Assembly (NCBI RefSeq): GCF_009914755.1
Contig: NC_060933.1
Source: the human T2T-CHM13v2.0 reference genome, Homo sapiens
DNA: 64,000 nucleotides
Strand: one strand, 5' to 3'
The notes under the pieces are model-generated. The model searched no databases. It was given only the letters and a program-made list of their open reading frames with translations, and was not told the origin of the DNA. A program made the translations under genes and the position numbers. This document shows positions 41,501 to 56,800 of this stretch, one piece after another. The stretch's first letter is position 1; each line of letters starts with the position of its first letter.

Positions 41501-44500
41501 AATGGAATGGAATGGAATGGAATGGAATGGAATTAACCCGAATACAATGGAATGGAATGGAATGGAACGGAATGGAGTGGAATGGAATGGAATCAACCCG
41601 AGTGCAGGGGATTGGAATGGAATGGAATGCAATGGAATGGAATCATCCGGAATGGAATGGAATGGAATGGAATGGAATCAACCCGACTGCAGGGGAATGG
41701 AATGGAATGGAATGCAATGGAATGGATTCAACTTGAATGGAATGGAAAGAATGGAATCAACACGAGTGCAATGGCATGGATTGGAATGGAATGGAATGGA
41801 ATGGAATCAACCCGAGTACAGGGGAATGGAATGGAATGGAATGGAATGGAATGGAATGGAATGGAATGGAATGGAATGGAATCAACTCGATTGCAATCTA
41901 ATGGAATGGAATGGAATTAACCCGAATAGAATGGAAGGGAATGGAATGGAACGGAACGGAACGGAATGGAATGGATTGGAATGGAATGGAATGGAAAGGA
42001 ATGGAACGGAAAGGAATGGAATGGAATGGAATGGAATGGAATGGAATGGAATGGAATAGAATGGAATCAACGCGAGTGCAGGGGAATGGAATGGAATGGA
42101 ATGCAATGGAATGGAATCTTCCGGAATGGAATGGAATGGAATGGAATGGAATGGAATGCAATGGAATAATCCCGAGTGCAATGGAATGGAGTGGAATGGA
42201 ATGGAATGGAATGGAACAACCCGAATGCAATGGAATGTAATGGAGAGTAAAGGAGTTGAATAGAATCAATCCGAATGTAACGGAATGGAATGGAACGGAA
42301 TGGAATTGAATGGAATGGAATGGAATGCAATGGAATGGAATCAACCCGAGTGCAATGGAATGGAGAGGAATGGAATGGAATGGAATGGAAACTACCCGAA
42401 TGGAATGGAATGTAATGGAGTGTAAGGGAATTGAATAGAATCAATCCGAATGTAATGGAATGGAATGGAACGGAAGGGAATGGAATGGAATGGAATGGAA
42501 TGCAATGGAATGGAATCAACCCGAGTGCAATCGAATGGAATCGAATGGAATGGAATGCAATGGAATGGATTCAACTTGAATGGAATGGAAAGAATGGAAT
42601 CAACACGAGTGGAATGGCATGGATTGGAATGGAATGGAATGGAATCAACCCGAGTACAGAGGAATGGAATGGAATGGAATGCAATGGAATGGAATCATCC
42701 GTAATGGAATGGAAAGGAATGGAATGGAATGGAATGGAATGTAATGGAATCAACTCGATTGCAATCGAATGGAATGGAATGGAATTAACCCGAACAGAAT
42801 GGAATGGAATGGAATGGAACGGAACGGAATGGAATGGAATGGAATGGAATGGAATGGAATGGAATGGAATGGAATGGAATGGAATGGAATCAACGCGAGT
42901 GCAGGGGAATGGAATGGAATGGAATGCAATGGAATGGAGTCTTCCGGAATGGAATGGAATGGAATGGAATGGAATGGAATGAAATGCCATGGATTCAACT
43001 CGATTGCAATGGAATGGAATAGAATGGAATGGAATGGAATGGAATTAACCCGAATAGAATGGAATGGAATGGAATGGAACGGAATGGAACGGAATGGAAT
43101 GGAATGGAATGGAATGCAATGGAATGGTATGGAATGGAATGGAATGGTACGGAATAGAATGGAATGGAACGAATTGTAATGGAATGGAATTGAATGGAAT
43201 GGAATGGAATGGAATGGAATCAACGCGAGTGCATTGGAATGTAACGGAACGGAATGCAATGGAATGGATTCATCCGGAATGGAATGGAATGGAATGGAAT
43301 GGAATCAAACCGAGTGCAATGGAATGGAGTGGAATGGAATGGAATGGAATGGAACAACCCTAATGGAATGGAATGTAATGGAGAGTAAGGGAGTTGAATA
43401 GAATCAATCCGAATGCAATGGAATGGAATGCAACGGAATGGAATGGAATGGAATGGAATGGAATGGAATGGAATGGAATGGAATGCAATGGAATGGAATC
43501 AACCTGAGTACAATGGAATGTAATGTAATGGAATGGAATGGAATGGAATGGAATGCCTTCAAACCGAATGGAATGGAAAGGAGTGGAATCAACACGAGTG
43601 GAATGGAATGGAATGGAATGGAATGGAATGGAATGGAATCATACGGAATAGAATGGAATGGAACGAAATGGAATTGAATGGAATGGAATGGAATAGAATG
43701 GAATGGAATGGAATGGAATTGTTCCGAGTGGAATAGGAGGGAATGTATTCGAGTGGAAAGGAAAGGAATGGAATCAACCAGAGTGGAATGGAAGGGAATG
43801 GAATGGAATGGAAACTAATAGAATGGAATCAACCCGAGTGGAATGGAATGGAAAGGACTGGAATGGAAAGGAATGGAATGGAATGGAATGGAATGGAATG
43901 GAATGGAATGGAATGGAATCAACACGAGTGCAGGGGAATGGAATGGAATCGAATGGAATCGAATGGAATGGAATGGAATCAACCCGTGTGCAGGGGAATG
44001 TAATGGAACGGAATGCAATGGAATGGAATCATCCGGAATGGAATGGAATGGAATGGAATGGAATCAACCCGAGTGCAATGGAATGGAGTGGAATGGAATG
44101 GAATGGAATGGAACAACCCGAATGGAATGGAATGTAATGGAGAGTAAGGGAGTTGAAAAGAATCAATCCGAATGTAATGGAATGGAATGGAACGGAATGG
44201 AATGGAATGGAATGGAATGGAATGGAATGGAATGCAATGGAATGGAATAAACCCGAGTACAATGGAATGGAATGGAATGGAATGGAACGGAATAGAATGG
44301 AATGGAATGCAATGGAATGGAATCTTCCGGAATGGAATGGAATGGAATGGAATGGAATGGAATGGAATGCAATGGATTCAACTCGATTGCAATGGAATGG
44401 AATAGAATGGAATGGAATGGAATGGAATGGAATTAAACCGAATAGAATGGAATGGAATGGAATGGAACGGAATGGAACGGAACGGAACGGAACGGAGTGG

Positions 44501-47500
44501 AATGGAATGGAATGGAATTGTATGGAATGGAATGGAATGGTACGGAATAGAATGGAATGGAATGAATTGGAATGGAATAGAATCGAATGGAATGGAATGG
44601 AATGGAATGGAATCAACCCGAGTGCAGGGGACTGTAATGGAACGGAATGCAATGGAATGGAATCATCCGGAATGGAATGGAATGGAATGGAATGGTATGG
44701 AATGGAATGGAATCAACCCGAGTGCAATGGAATGGAGTGGAATGGAATGGAATGGAATGGAACAACCCGAATGGAATGGAATGTAATGGAGAGTAAGGGA
44801 GTTGAATAGAATCAATCCGAATGTAATGGAATGGAACGGAATAGAATGGAATGGAATGGAATGGAATGGAATGGAATGGAATGGAATGCAATGGAATGGA
44901 ATCAACCCGAGTACAATGGAACGGAATGTAATGTAATGGAATGGAATGGAATGGAATGGAATGGAATGGAATGGAATCAACCCGAGTGCAGGGGAATGGA
45001 GTGAAATGGAATGGAATGGAATGGAAACTACCCGAATGGAATGTAATGTAATGGAGTGTAAGGGAATTGAATAGAATCAATCCTAATGGAATGGAATGGA
45101 ATGGAATGGAATGGAATGGAATCAACCCGAGTGCAGGGGAATGGAATGGAATGGAATGCAATGGAATGTAATCTTCCGGAATGGAATGGAATGGAATGGA
45201 ATGGAATGGAATCAACCCGAGTGAAATGGAATGGAGTGGAATGGAATGGAATGGAATGGAACAACCCGAATGGAATGGAATGTAATGGAGAGTAAGGGAG
45301 TTGAAAAGAATCAATCCGAATGTAATGTAATGGAATGGAACGGAATGGAATGGAATGGAATGGAATGGAATGGAATGGAATGGAATGCAATGGAATGGAA
45401 TCAACCCGAGTGCAATCGAATGGAATCGAATGGAATGGAATGCAATGGAATGGATTCAACTTGAATGGAATGGAAAGAATGGAATCAACACGAGTGGAAT
45501 GGCATGGATTGGAATGGAATGGATTGGAATCAACCCGAGTAAAGGGGAATGGAATGGAATGCAATGCAATGGAATGGAATCATCCTTAATGGAATGGAAA
45601 GGAATGGAATGGAATGGAATGGAATGGAATGGAATGGAATGGAATCAACTCGATTACAATCTAATGGAATGGAATGGAATTAACCCGAATAGAATGGAAT
45701 GGAATTTAATGGAACGGAACGGAATGGAATGGAATGGAATGGAATGGAATGGAACGGAACGGAACGGAACGGAATGGAATGGAATGGAATGGAATGGAAT
45801 GGAATCAACGCGAGTGCAGGAGAATGGAATGGAATGGAATGCAATGGAATGGAAACTTCCGGAATGGAATGTCATGGAATGGAATGGAATGAAATGCAAT
45901 GGATTCAACTCGATTGCAATGGAATGGAATAGAATGGAATGGAATGGAATGGAATGGAATGGAATTAACCCGAATAGAATTGAATGGAATGGAATGGAAA
46001 GGAATGGAACGGAATGGAATGGAATGGAATGGAATGGAATGGAATGGAATGGTATGGAATGGAATGGAATGGTACGGAATAGAATCGAATGGAATGAATT
46101 GTAATGGAATGGAATTGAACGGAATGGAATGGAATGGAATAGAATCAACGCGAGTGCAGGGGAATGTAATGGAACGGAATGCAATGGAATGGAATCATCC
46201 GTAAAGGAATGGAAAGGAATGGAATGGAATGGAATGGAATGGAATGGAAAGGAATCAACTCGATTGCAATCGAATGGAATGGAATGGAATTAACCCGAAT
46301 AGAATGGAATGGAATGGAATGGAATGGAACGGAACGGAATGGAATGGATTGGAATGGAATGGAATGGAATGGAATGGAATGGAATGGAATGGAACGGAAA
46401 GGAATGGAATGGAATGGAATGCAATGGAATGGAATCTTCCGGAATGGAATGGAATGGAATGCAATGGAATGGAATGGAATGGAATGAACCCGAGTGCAAT
46501 GGAATGGAGTGGAATGGAATGGAATGGAATGGAACAACCCGAATGGAATGGAATGTAATGGAGAGTAAGGGAGTTGAATAGAATCAATCCGAATGTAATG
46601 GAATGGAATGGAAGGGAATGGAATAAAATGGAATGGAATGGAATGGAATGCAATGGAATGGAATCAACCCGAGTGCAAACGAATGGAATCGAATGGAATG
46701 GAATGCAATGGAATGGACTCAACTTGAATGGAATGGAAAGAATGGAATCAACACGAGTGGAATGGCATGGATTAGAATAGAATGGAATGGAATCAATCCG
46801 AGTACATGGGAATGGAATGGAATGGAATGCAATGGAATGGAATCATCCGTAATGGAATGGAAAGGAATGGAATGGAATGGAATGGAATGGAATGGAATGG
46901 AATGGAATCAACTCGATTGCAATCCAATGGAATGGAATGGAATTAACCCGAATAGAATGGAATGGAATGGAATGGAACGGAACGGAATGGAATGGAATGG
47001 AATTGAATTGAATGGAATGGAATGGAACGGAACGGAATGGAATGGAATGGAATGGAATGGAATGGAATCAACGCGAGTGCAGGGGAATGGAATGGAATGG
47101 AATGCAATGGAAGGGAATCATCCGGAATGGAATGGAATGGAATGGAATGGAATGGAATCAACCCGAGTGCAATGGAATGGAGTGGAATGGAATGGAATGG
47201 AATGGAACAACCCGAATGGAATGGAATGTAATGGAGAGTAAGGGAGTTGAATAGAATCAATCCGAATGTAATGGAATGGAATGCAACGGAATGGAATGGA
47301 ACGGAATGGAATGGAACGGAATGGAATGGAATGGAATGGAATGGAATGGAATGGAATGGAATGCAATGGAATGGAATCAACCCGAGTACAATGGAATGGA
47401 ATGGAATGGAATGGAACGGAATGGAATGGAATGGAATGCAATGGAATGGAATCTTCCAGAACGGAATGGAATGGAATGGAATGGAATGGAATGGAATGCA

Positions 47501-48562
47501 ATGGATTCAACTCGATTGCAATGGAATGGAATAGAATGGAATGGAATGGAATGGAATGGAATTAAACCGAATAGAATGGAATGGAATGGAATGGAACGGA
47601 ACGGAACGGAACGGAACGGAACGGAGTGGAATGGAATGTAATGGAATTGTATGGAATGGAATGGAATGGTACGGAATAGAATGGAATGGAAAGAATTGGA
47701 ATGGAATGGAATCGAATGGAATGGAATGGAATGGAATGCAATCAACCCGAGTGCAGGGGTATGTAATGGAACGGAAAGCAATGGAATGGAATCATCCGGA
47801 ATGGAATGGAATGGAATGGAATGGAATGGAATGGAATGGAATGGAATCAACCCGAGTGCAATGGAATGGAGTGGAATGGAATGGAATGGAATGGAACAAC
47901 CCGAATGGAATGGAATGTAATGGAGAGTAAGGGAGTTGAATAGAATCAATCCGAATGTAATGGAATGGAACGGAATGGAATGGAATGGAATGGAATGGAA
48001 TGGAATGGAATGGAATGCAATGGAATGGAATCAACCCGAGTACAATGGAACGGAATGTAATGTAATGTAATGTAATGTAATGGAATGGAATGGAATGGAA
48101 GGGAATCAACCCGAGTGCAATGGAATGGAGAGGAATGGAATCGAATGGAATGGAAACTACCCAAATGGAATGGAATGTAATGGAGTGTAAGGGAATTGAA
48201 TAGAATCAATCCGAAAGGAATGGAATGGAATGGAACGGAATGTAATGGAATGGAATGGAATGGAATCAACCCGAGTGCAGAGGAATGGAATGGAATGGAA
48301 TGCAATGGAATGGAATCATCCGGAATGGAATGGAATGGAATGCAATGGAATGGAATGGAATGGAATCAACCCGAGTGTAATGGAATGGAGTGAAATGGAA
48401 TGGAATGGAATGGAGACAACAAGAATGGATTGGAATATAATGGAGTGTAAGGGAATTGAATAGAATCAATCTGAATGTAATGAAATGGAATGGAACGGAA
48501 TGGAATGGAATGGAATGGAATGGAATGGAATGGAATTTAATGGAATGCAATGGAATGCAATC

Positions 48563-51500
48563 AACCCGAGTGCAATCGAATGGAATCGAATGGAATGGAA
48601 TGCAATGGAATGGATTCAACTTGAATGGAATGGAAAGAATGGAATCAACACGAGTGGAATGGCATGGATTGGAATGGAATGGAATGGAATCAATCCGAGT
48701 ACAGGGGAATGGAATGGAATGGAATGCAATGGAATGGAATCATCCGTAATGGAATGGAAAGGAATGGAATGGAATGGAATAGAATGGAGTCAACTCGATT
48801 GCAATCGAATGGAATGGAATGGAATTAACCCGAATAGAATGGAATGGAATGGAATGGAATGGAACGGAATGGAATGGAATGGAATGGAATGGAATGCAAC
48901 GGAACGGAAAGGAAGGGAATGGAATGGAATAGAATGGAATGGAATGGAATCAACCCGAGTACAGCGGAATGGAATGGAATGGAATGCAATGGAATGGAAT
49001 CTTCCGGAATGGAATCGAATGGAATGGAATGGAATGGAATCAACCCGAGTGCAATGGAATGGAGTGGAATGGAATGGAATGGAATGGAACAACCCGAATG
49101 GAATGGAATGTAATGGAGAGTAAGGGAGTTGAATAGAATCAATCCGAATGTAATGGAATGGAATGGAACGGAATGGAATTGAATGGAATGGAATGGAATG
49201 CAATGGAATGGAATCAACCCGAGTGCAATGGAATGGAGAGGAATGGAATGGAATGGAATGGAAACTAACCGAATGGAATGGAATGTAATGGAGTGTAAGG
49301 GAATTGAATAGAATCAATCCGAATGTAATGGAATGGAATGGAACGGAATGGAATGGAATGGAATGGAATGGAATGGAATGCAATGGAATGGATTCAACTT
49401 GAATGGAATGGAAAGAATGGAATCAACACGAGTGGAATGGCATGGATTGGAATGGAATCAACCCGAGTACAGGGGAATGGAATGGAATGGAATGCAATGG
49501 AATGGAATGGAATGCAATGGAATGGAATCATCCGTAATGGAATGGAAAGGAATGGAATGGAATGGAATGGAATCGAATGGAATGGAATGGAATCAACTCG
49601 ATTGCAATCGAATGGAATGGAATGGAATTAACCCGAATAGAATGGAATGGAATGGAATGGAACAGAATGGAATGGAATGGAATGGAATGGAATGGAATGG
49701 AATGGAATGGAACGGAACGGAACGGAACGGAACGGAACGGAATGGAATGGAATGGAATGGAATGGAATCAACGCGAGTGCAGGGGAATGGAATGGAATGG
49801 AATGCAATGGAATGGAATCATCCGGAATGGAATGGAATGGAATGGAATGCAAAGCAATGGAATCAACTCGATTGCAATGGAATGGAATGGAATGGAAAGG
49901 AATACATTGGAATCAAACCGAGTGGAATGGAATGGAAAGGACTGGAATGGAGAGGAATGGAATGGAATGGAATGGAATGAAATCAACTCGATTGGAATGG
50001 AATGGAATGGAATGGAATGGAATGGAATTAACCCGAATAGAATGGAGTGGAATGGAATGGAACGGAAAGGAATGGAATGGAATGGAATGGAATGGAATGG
50101 AATGGAATGGAATCAACCCGACTGCAGGGGAATGGAATGGAATGGAATGCAATGGAATGGATTCAACTTGAATGGAATGGTAAGAATGGAATCAACACGA
50201 GTGGAATGGCATGGATTGGAATGGAATGGAATGGAATCAACCCGAGTACAGCGGAATGGAATGGAATGGAATGCAATGGAATGGAAACATCCGTAATGGA
50301 ATGGAAAGGAATGGAATGGAATGGAATGGAATGGAATGGAATGGAATGGAATCAACTCGATTGCAATCGAATGGAATGGAATGGAATTAACCCGAATAGA
50401 ATGGAATGGAATTGAATGGAATGGAATGGAACGGAATGGAATGGATTGGAATGGAATGGAATGGAACGGAAAGGAATGGAATAGAATGGAATGGAATGGA
50501 ATGGAATGGAATGGAATCAACGCGAGTGCAGGGGAATGGAATGGAATGGAATGCAATGGAATGGAATCTTCCGGAATGGAATGGAATGGAATGGAATGGA
50601 ATGGAATGGAATGGAATGGAATTAACCCGAATACAATGGAATGGAATGGAATGGAACGGAATGGAGTTGAATGGAATGGAAGCAACCCGAGTGCAGGGGA
50701 TTAGAATGGAATGGAATGCAATGGAATGGAATCATCCGGAATGGAATGGAATGGAATGCAAAGCAATGGAATCAACTCGATTGCAATGGAATGGAATGGA
50801 ATGGAAAGGAATACATTGGAATCAACCCGAGTGGAATGGAATGGAAAGGACTGGAATGGAGTGGAATGGAATGGAATGGAATGGAATGAAATCAACTCGA
50901 TTGGAATGGAATGGAATGGAATGGAATGGAATGGAATGGAATGGAATTATCCCGAATAGAATGGAGTGGAATGGAATGGAACGGAACGGAATGGAATGGA
51001 AAGGAATGGAATGGAATGGAATGGAATGGAATGGAATCAACCCGACTGCAGGGGAATGGAATGGAATGGAATGCAATGGAATGGATTCAACTTGAATGGA
51101 ATGGAAAGAATGGAATCAACACGAGTGGAATGGCATGGATTGGAATGGAATGGAATGGAATCAACCCGAGTACAGGGGAATGGAATGGAATGGAATGCAA
51201 TGGAATGGAATCATCCGTAATGGAATGGAAAGGAATGGAATGGAATGGAATGGAATGGAATGGAATGCAATGGAATCAACTCGATTGCAATCGAATGGAA
51301 TGGAATGGAATTAACCCGAATAGAATGGAATGGAATGGAATGGAACAGAACGGAATGGAATGGATCGGAATGGAATGGAATGGAATGGAATGGAACGGAA
51401 AGGAATGCAATGGAATGCAATGGAATGGAATGGAATGGAATGGAATGGAATCAACGCGAGTGCAGGGGAACGGAATGGAATGGAATGCAATGGAATGGAA

Positions 51501-53800
51501 TCTTCCGGAATGGAATGGAATGGAATGGAATGGAATGGAATGGAATGGAATGGAATAAACCCGAGTGCAATGGAATGGAGTGGAATGGAATGGAATGGAA
51601 TGGAACAACCCGAATGGAACGGAATGGAATGGAGAGTAAGGGAGTTGAATAGAATCAATCCGAATGTAATGGAATGGAATGGAATGGAATGGAATGGAAT
51701 GGAATGCAATGGAATGGAATGGAATGCAATGGAATGGAATCAACCCGAGTGCAATCGAATGGAATCGAATGGAATGGAATGCAATGGAATGGATTCAACT
51801 TGAATGGAATGGAAAGAATGGAATCAACACGAGTGGAATGGCATGGATTGGAATAGAATGGAATAGAATCAATCCGAGTACAGGGGAATGGAATGGAATG
51901 GAAAGCAATGGAATGGAATCATCCGTAATGGAATGGAAAGGAATGGAATGGAATGGAATGGAATGGAATGGAATGGAATGGAATCAACTCGATTGCAATC
52001 GAATGGAATGGAATGGAATTAACCCGAATAGAATGGCATGGAATGGAATGGAACGGAACGGAATGGAATGGAATGGAATGGAATGGAACGGAACGGAATG
52101 GAACGGAATGGAATGGAATGGAATGGAATGGAATGGAATGGAATCAACGCGATTGCAGGGGAATGGAATGGAATGGAATGCAATGGAATGGAATCTTCCG
52201 GAATGGAATGGAATGGAATAGAATGGAATGAAATGCAATGGATTCAACTCGATAGCAATGGAATGGAATAGAATGGAATGGAATGGAATGGAATGGAATG
52301 GAATGGAATTAACCCGAATAGAATGGAACGGAATGGAATGGAACGGAATGGAACGGAATGGAATGGAATGGAATGCAATGGAATGGTATGGAATGGAATG
52401 GAATGGTACGGAATAGAATGGAATGGAACGAATTGTAATGGAATGGAATTGAATGGAATGGAATGGAATGGAATGGAATGGAATGGAATGGAATCGTTCC
52501 GAGTGGAATAGGAGGGAATGTATTCGAGTGGAATGGAAAGGAATGGAATCAACCAGAGTGGAATGGAAAGGAATGGAATGGAATGGAAACTAAGAGAATG
52601 GAATCAACCCGGGTGGAATGGAATGGAAAGGACTGGAATGGAAAGGAATGGAATGGAATGGAATGGAATGGAATTTAATGGAATGGAATCAACGCGAGTG
52701 CAGGGGAATGGAATAGAATCGAATGGAATGGAATGGAATGGAATGGAATCAACCCGAGTACAATGGAATGGAATGGAATGGAATGGAATGGAATGGAATG
52801 GAATGCAATGGAATGGAATCTTCCGGAATTGAATGGAATGGAATGGAATGGAATGCAATGGATTCAACTCGATTGCAATGGAATGGAATAGAATGGAATG
52901 GAATGGAATTAAACCGAATAGAATGGAATGGAATGGAATGGAACGGAACGGAACGGAATGGAACGGAGTGGAATGGAATGGAATGGAATTGTATGGAATG
53001 CAATGGAATGGTACGGAATAGAATGGAATGCAAAGAATTGGAATGGAATGGAATTGAATGGAATGGAATGGAATCAACCAGAGTGCAGGGGAATGTAATG
53101 GAACGGAATGCAATGGAATGGAATCATCCGGAATGGAATGGAATGCAACGGAATGAAATGGAATGGAATGGAATGGAATGGAATGCAATGGAATGGAATC
53201 AACCCGAGTACCATGGAATGGAATGGAATGGAATGGAATGGAATGGAATGGAATGGAATGGAATGGAATGCCTTCAAACCGAATGGAATGGAAAGGAATG
53301 GAATCAACACGAATGGAATGGAATGGAATAGAATGGAATGGAATGGAATGGAATGATACGGAATAGAATGGAATGGAACGAAATGGAATGGAATGGAATG
53401 GAATGGAATGGAATGGAATGGAATGGAATGGAATGGAATCGTTCCGAGTGGAATAGGAGGGAATGTATTCGAGTGGAATGGAAAGGAATGGAATCAACAA
53501 GAGTGGAATGGCAGGGAATGGAATGGAATGGAAACTAATAGAATGGAATCAACCCGAGTGGAATGGAATGGAAAGGACTGGAATGGAATTGAATGGAATG
53601 GAATCAACTCGATTGTAATGGAATGGAATGGAATGGAATGGAATGGAATGGAATTAACCCGAATACAATGGAATGCAATGGAATGGAACGGAATGGAGTG
53701 GCATGGAATGGAATCAAACCGAGTGCAGGGGAACGGAATGGAATGGAATGCAATGGAATGGAATCATCCGGAATGGAATGGAATGGAATGGAATGGAATG
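48563..53800 (+). repeat. ~5.24-kb tandem duplication, copy A
   Basis: ORF offsets to the next copy: 48625/53863 and 49333/54571 (5238), 49768/54996 (5228), 50671/55914 (5243), 51953/57201 (5248), 53593/58846 (5253). Confidence 0.9.
49709..49738 (+). repeat. (GGAAC)6 variant-pentamer tract, CpG-dense
   Basis: Six consecutive GGAAC units, each making a CpG with the next unit; a similar tract lies at 47593-47622. Confidence 0.88.
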
Positions 53801-56800
53801 AACCCGAGTGCAATCGAATGGAATCGAATGGAATGGAATGCAATGGAATGGATTCAACTTGAATGGAATGGAAAGAATGGAATCAACACGAGTGGAATGG
53901 CATGGATTGGAATGGAATGGAATGGAATCAATCCGAGTACAGGGGAATGGAATGGAATGGAATGCAATGGAATGGAATCATCCGTAATGGAATGGAAAGG
54001 AATGGAATGGAATGGAATAGAATGGAGTCAACTCGATTGCAATCGAATGGAATGGAATGGAATTAACCCGAATAGAATGGAATGGAATGGAATGGAATGG
54101 AACGGAATGGAATGGAATGGAATGGAATGGAATGCAACGGAACGGAAAGGAAGGGAATGGAATGGAATAGAATGGAATGGAATGGAATCAACCCGAGTAC
54201 AGCGGAATGGAATGGAATGGAATGCAATGGAATGGAATCTTCCGGAATGGAATCGAATGGAATGGAATGGAATGGAATCAACCCGAGTGCAATGGAATGG
54301 AGTGGAATGGAATGGAATGGAATGGAACAACCCGAATGGAATGGAATGTAATGGAGAGTAAGGGAGTTGAATAGAATCAATCCGAATGTAATGGAATGGA
54401 ATGGAACGGAATGGAATTGAATGGAATGGAATGGAATGCAATGGAATGGAATCAACCCGAGTGCAATGGAATGGAGAGGAATGGAATGGAATGGAATGGA
54501 AACTAACCGAATGGAATGGAATGTAATGGAGTGTAAGGGAATTGAATAGAATCAATCCGAATGTAATGGAATGGAATGGAACGGAATGGAATGGAATGGA
54601 ATGGAATGGAATGGAATGCAATGGAATGGATTCAACTTGAATGGAATGGAAAGAATGGAATCAACACGAGTGGAATGGCATGGATTGGAATGGAATCAAC
54701 CCGAGTACAGGGGAATGGAATGGAATGGAATGCAATGGAATGGAATGGAATGCAATGGAATGGAATCATCCGTAATGGAATGGAAAGGAATGGAATGGAA
54801 TGGAATGGAATCGAATGGAATGGAATGGAATCAACTCGATTGCAATCGAATGGAATGGAATGGAATTAACCCGAATAGAATGGAATGGAATGGAATGGAA
54901 CAGAATGGAATGGAATGGAATGGAATGGAATGGAATGGAATGGAACGGAACGGAACGGAACGGAACGGAATGGAATGGAATGGAATGGAATGGAATCAAC
55001 GCGAGTGCAGGGGAATGGAATGGAATGGAATGCAATGGAATGGAATCATCCGGAATGGAATGGAATGGAATGGAATGCAAAGCAATGGAATCAACTCGAT
55101 TGCAATGGAATGGAATGGAATGGAAAGGAATACATTGGAATCAAACCGAGTGGAATGGAATGGAAAGGACTGGAATGGAGAGGAATGGAATGGAATGGAA
55201 TGGAATGAAATCAACTCGATTGGAATGGAATGGAATGGAATGGAATGGAATGGAATTAACCCGAATAGAATGGAGTGGAATGGAATGGAACGGAACGGAA
55301 TGGAATGGAATGGAATGGAATGGAATGGAATGGAATGGAATGGAATGGAATGGAATCAACCCGACTGCAGGGGAATGGAATGGAATGGAATGCAATGGAA
55401 TGGATTCAACTTGAATGGAATGGTAAGAATGGAATCAACACGAGTGGAATGGCATGGATTGGAATGGAATGGAATGGAATCAACCCGAGTACAGCGGAAT
55501 GGAATGGAATGGAATGCAATGGAATGGAAACATCCGTAATGGAATGGAAAGGAATGGAATGGAATGGAATGGAATGGAATGGAATGGAATGGAATGGAAT
55601 CAACTCGATTGCAATCGAATGGAATGGAATGGAATTAACCCGAATAGAATGGAATGGAATTGAATGGAATGGAATGGAACGGAATGGAATGGATTGGAAT
55701 GGAATGGAATGGAACGGAAAGGAATGGAATAGAATGGAATGGAATGGAATGGAATGGAATGGAATCAACGCGAGTGCAGGGGAATGGAATGGAATGGAAT
55801 GCAATGGAATGGAATCTTCCGGAATGGAATGGAATGGAATGGAATGGAATGGAATGGAATGGAATTAACCCGAATACAATGGAATGGAATGGAATGGAAC
55901 GGAATGGAGTTGAATGGAATGGAAGCAACCCGAGTGCAGGGGATTAGAATGGAATGGAATGCAATGGAATGGAATCATCCGGAATGGAATGGAATGGAAT
56001 GCAAAGCAATGGAATCAACTCGATTGCAATGGAATGGAATGGAATGGAAAGGAATACATTGGAATCAACCCGAGTGGAATGGAATGGAAAGGACTGGAAT
56101 GGAGTGGAATGGAATGGAATGGAATGGAATGAAATCAACTCGATTGGAATGGAATGGAATGGAATGGAATGGAATGGAATGGAATGGAATTATCCCGAAT
56201 AGAATGGAGTGGAATGGAATGGAACGGAACGGAATGGAATGGAAAGGAATGGAATGGAATGGAATGGAATGGAATGGAATCAACCCGACTGCAGGGGAAT
56301 GGAATGGAATGGAATGCAATGGAATGGATTCAACTTGAATGGAATGGAAAGAATGGAATCAACACGAGTGGAATGGCATGGATTGGAATGGAATGGAATG
56401 GAATCAACCCGAGTACAGGGGAATGGAATGGAATGGAATGCAATGGAATGGAATCATCCGTAATGGAATGGAAAGGAATGGAATGGAATGGAATGGAATG
56501 GAATGGAATGCAATGGAATCAACTCGATTGCAATCGAATGGAATGGAATGGAATTAACCCGAATAGAATGGAATGGAATGGAATGGAACAGAACGGAATG
56601 GAATGGATCGGAATGGAATGGAATGGAATGGAATGGAAAGGAAAGGAATGCAATGGAATGCAATGGAATGGAATGGAATGGAATGGAATGGAATCAACGC
56701 GAGTGCAGGGGAACGGAATGGAATGGAATGCAATGGAATGGAATCTTCCGGAATGGAATGGAATGGAATGGAATGGAATGGAATGGAATGGAATGGAATG

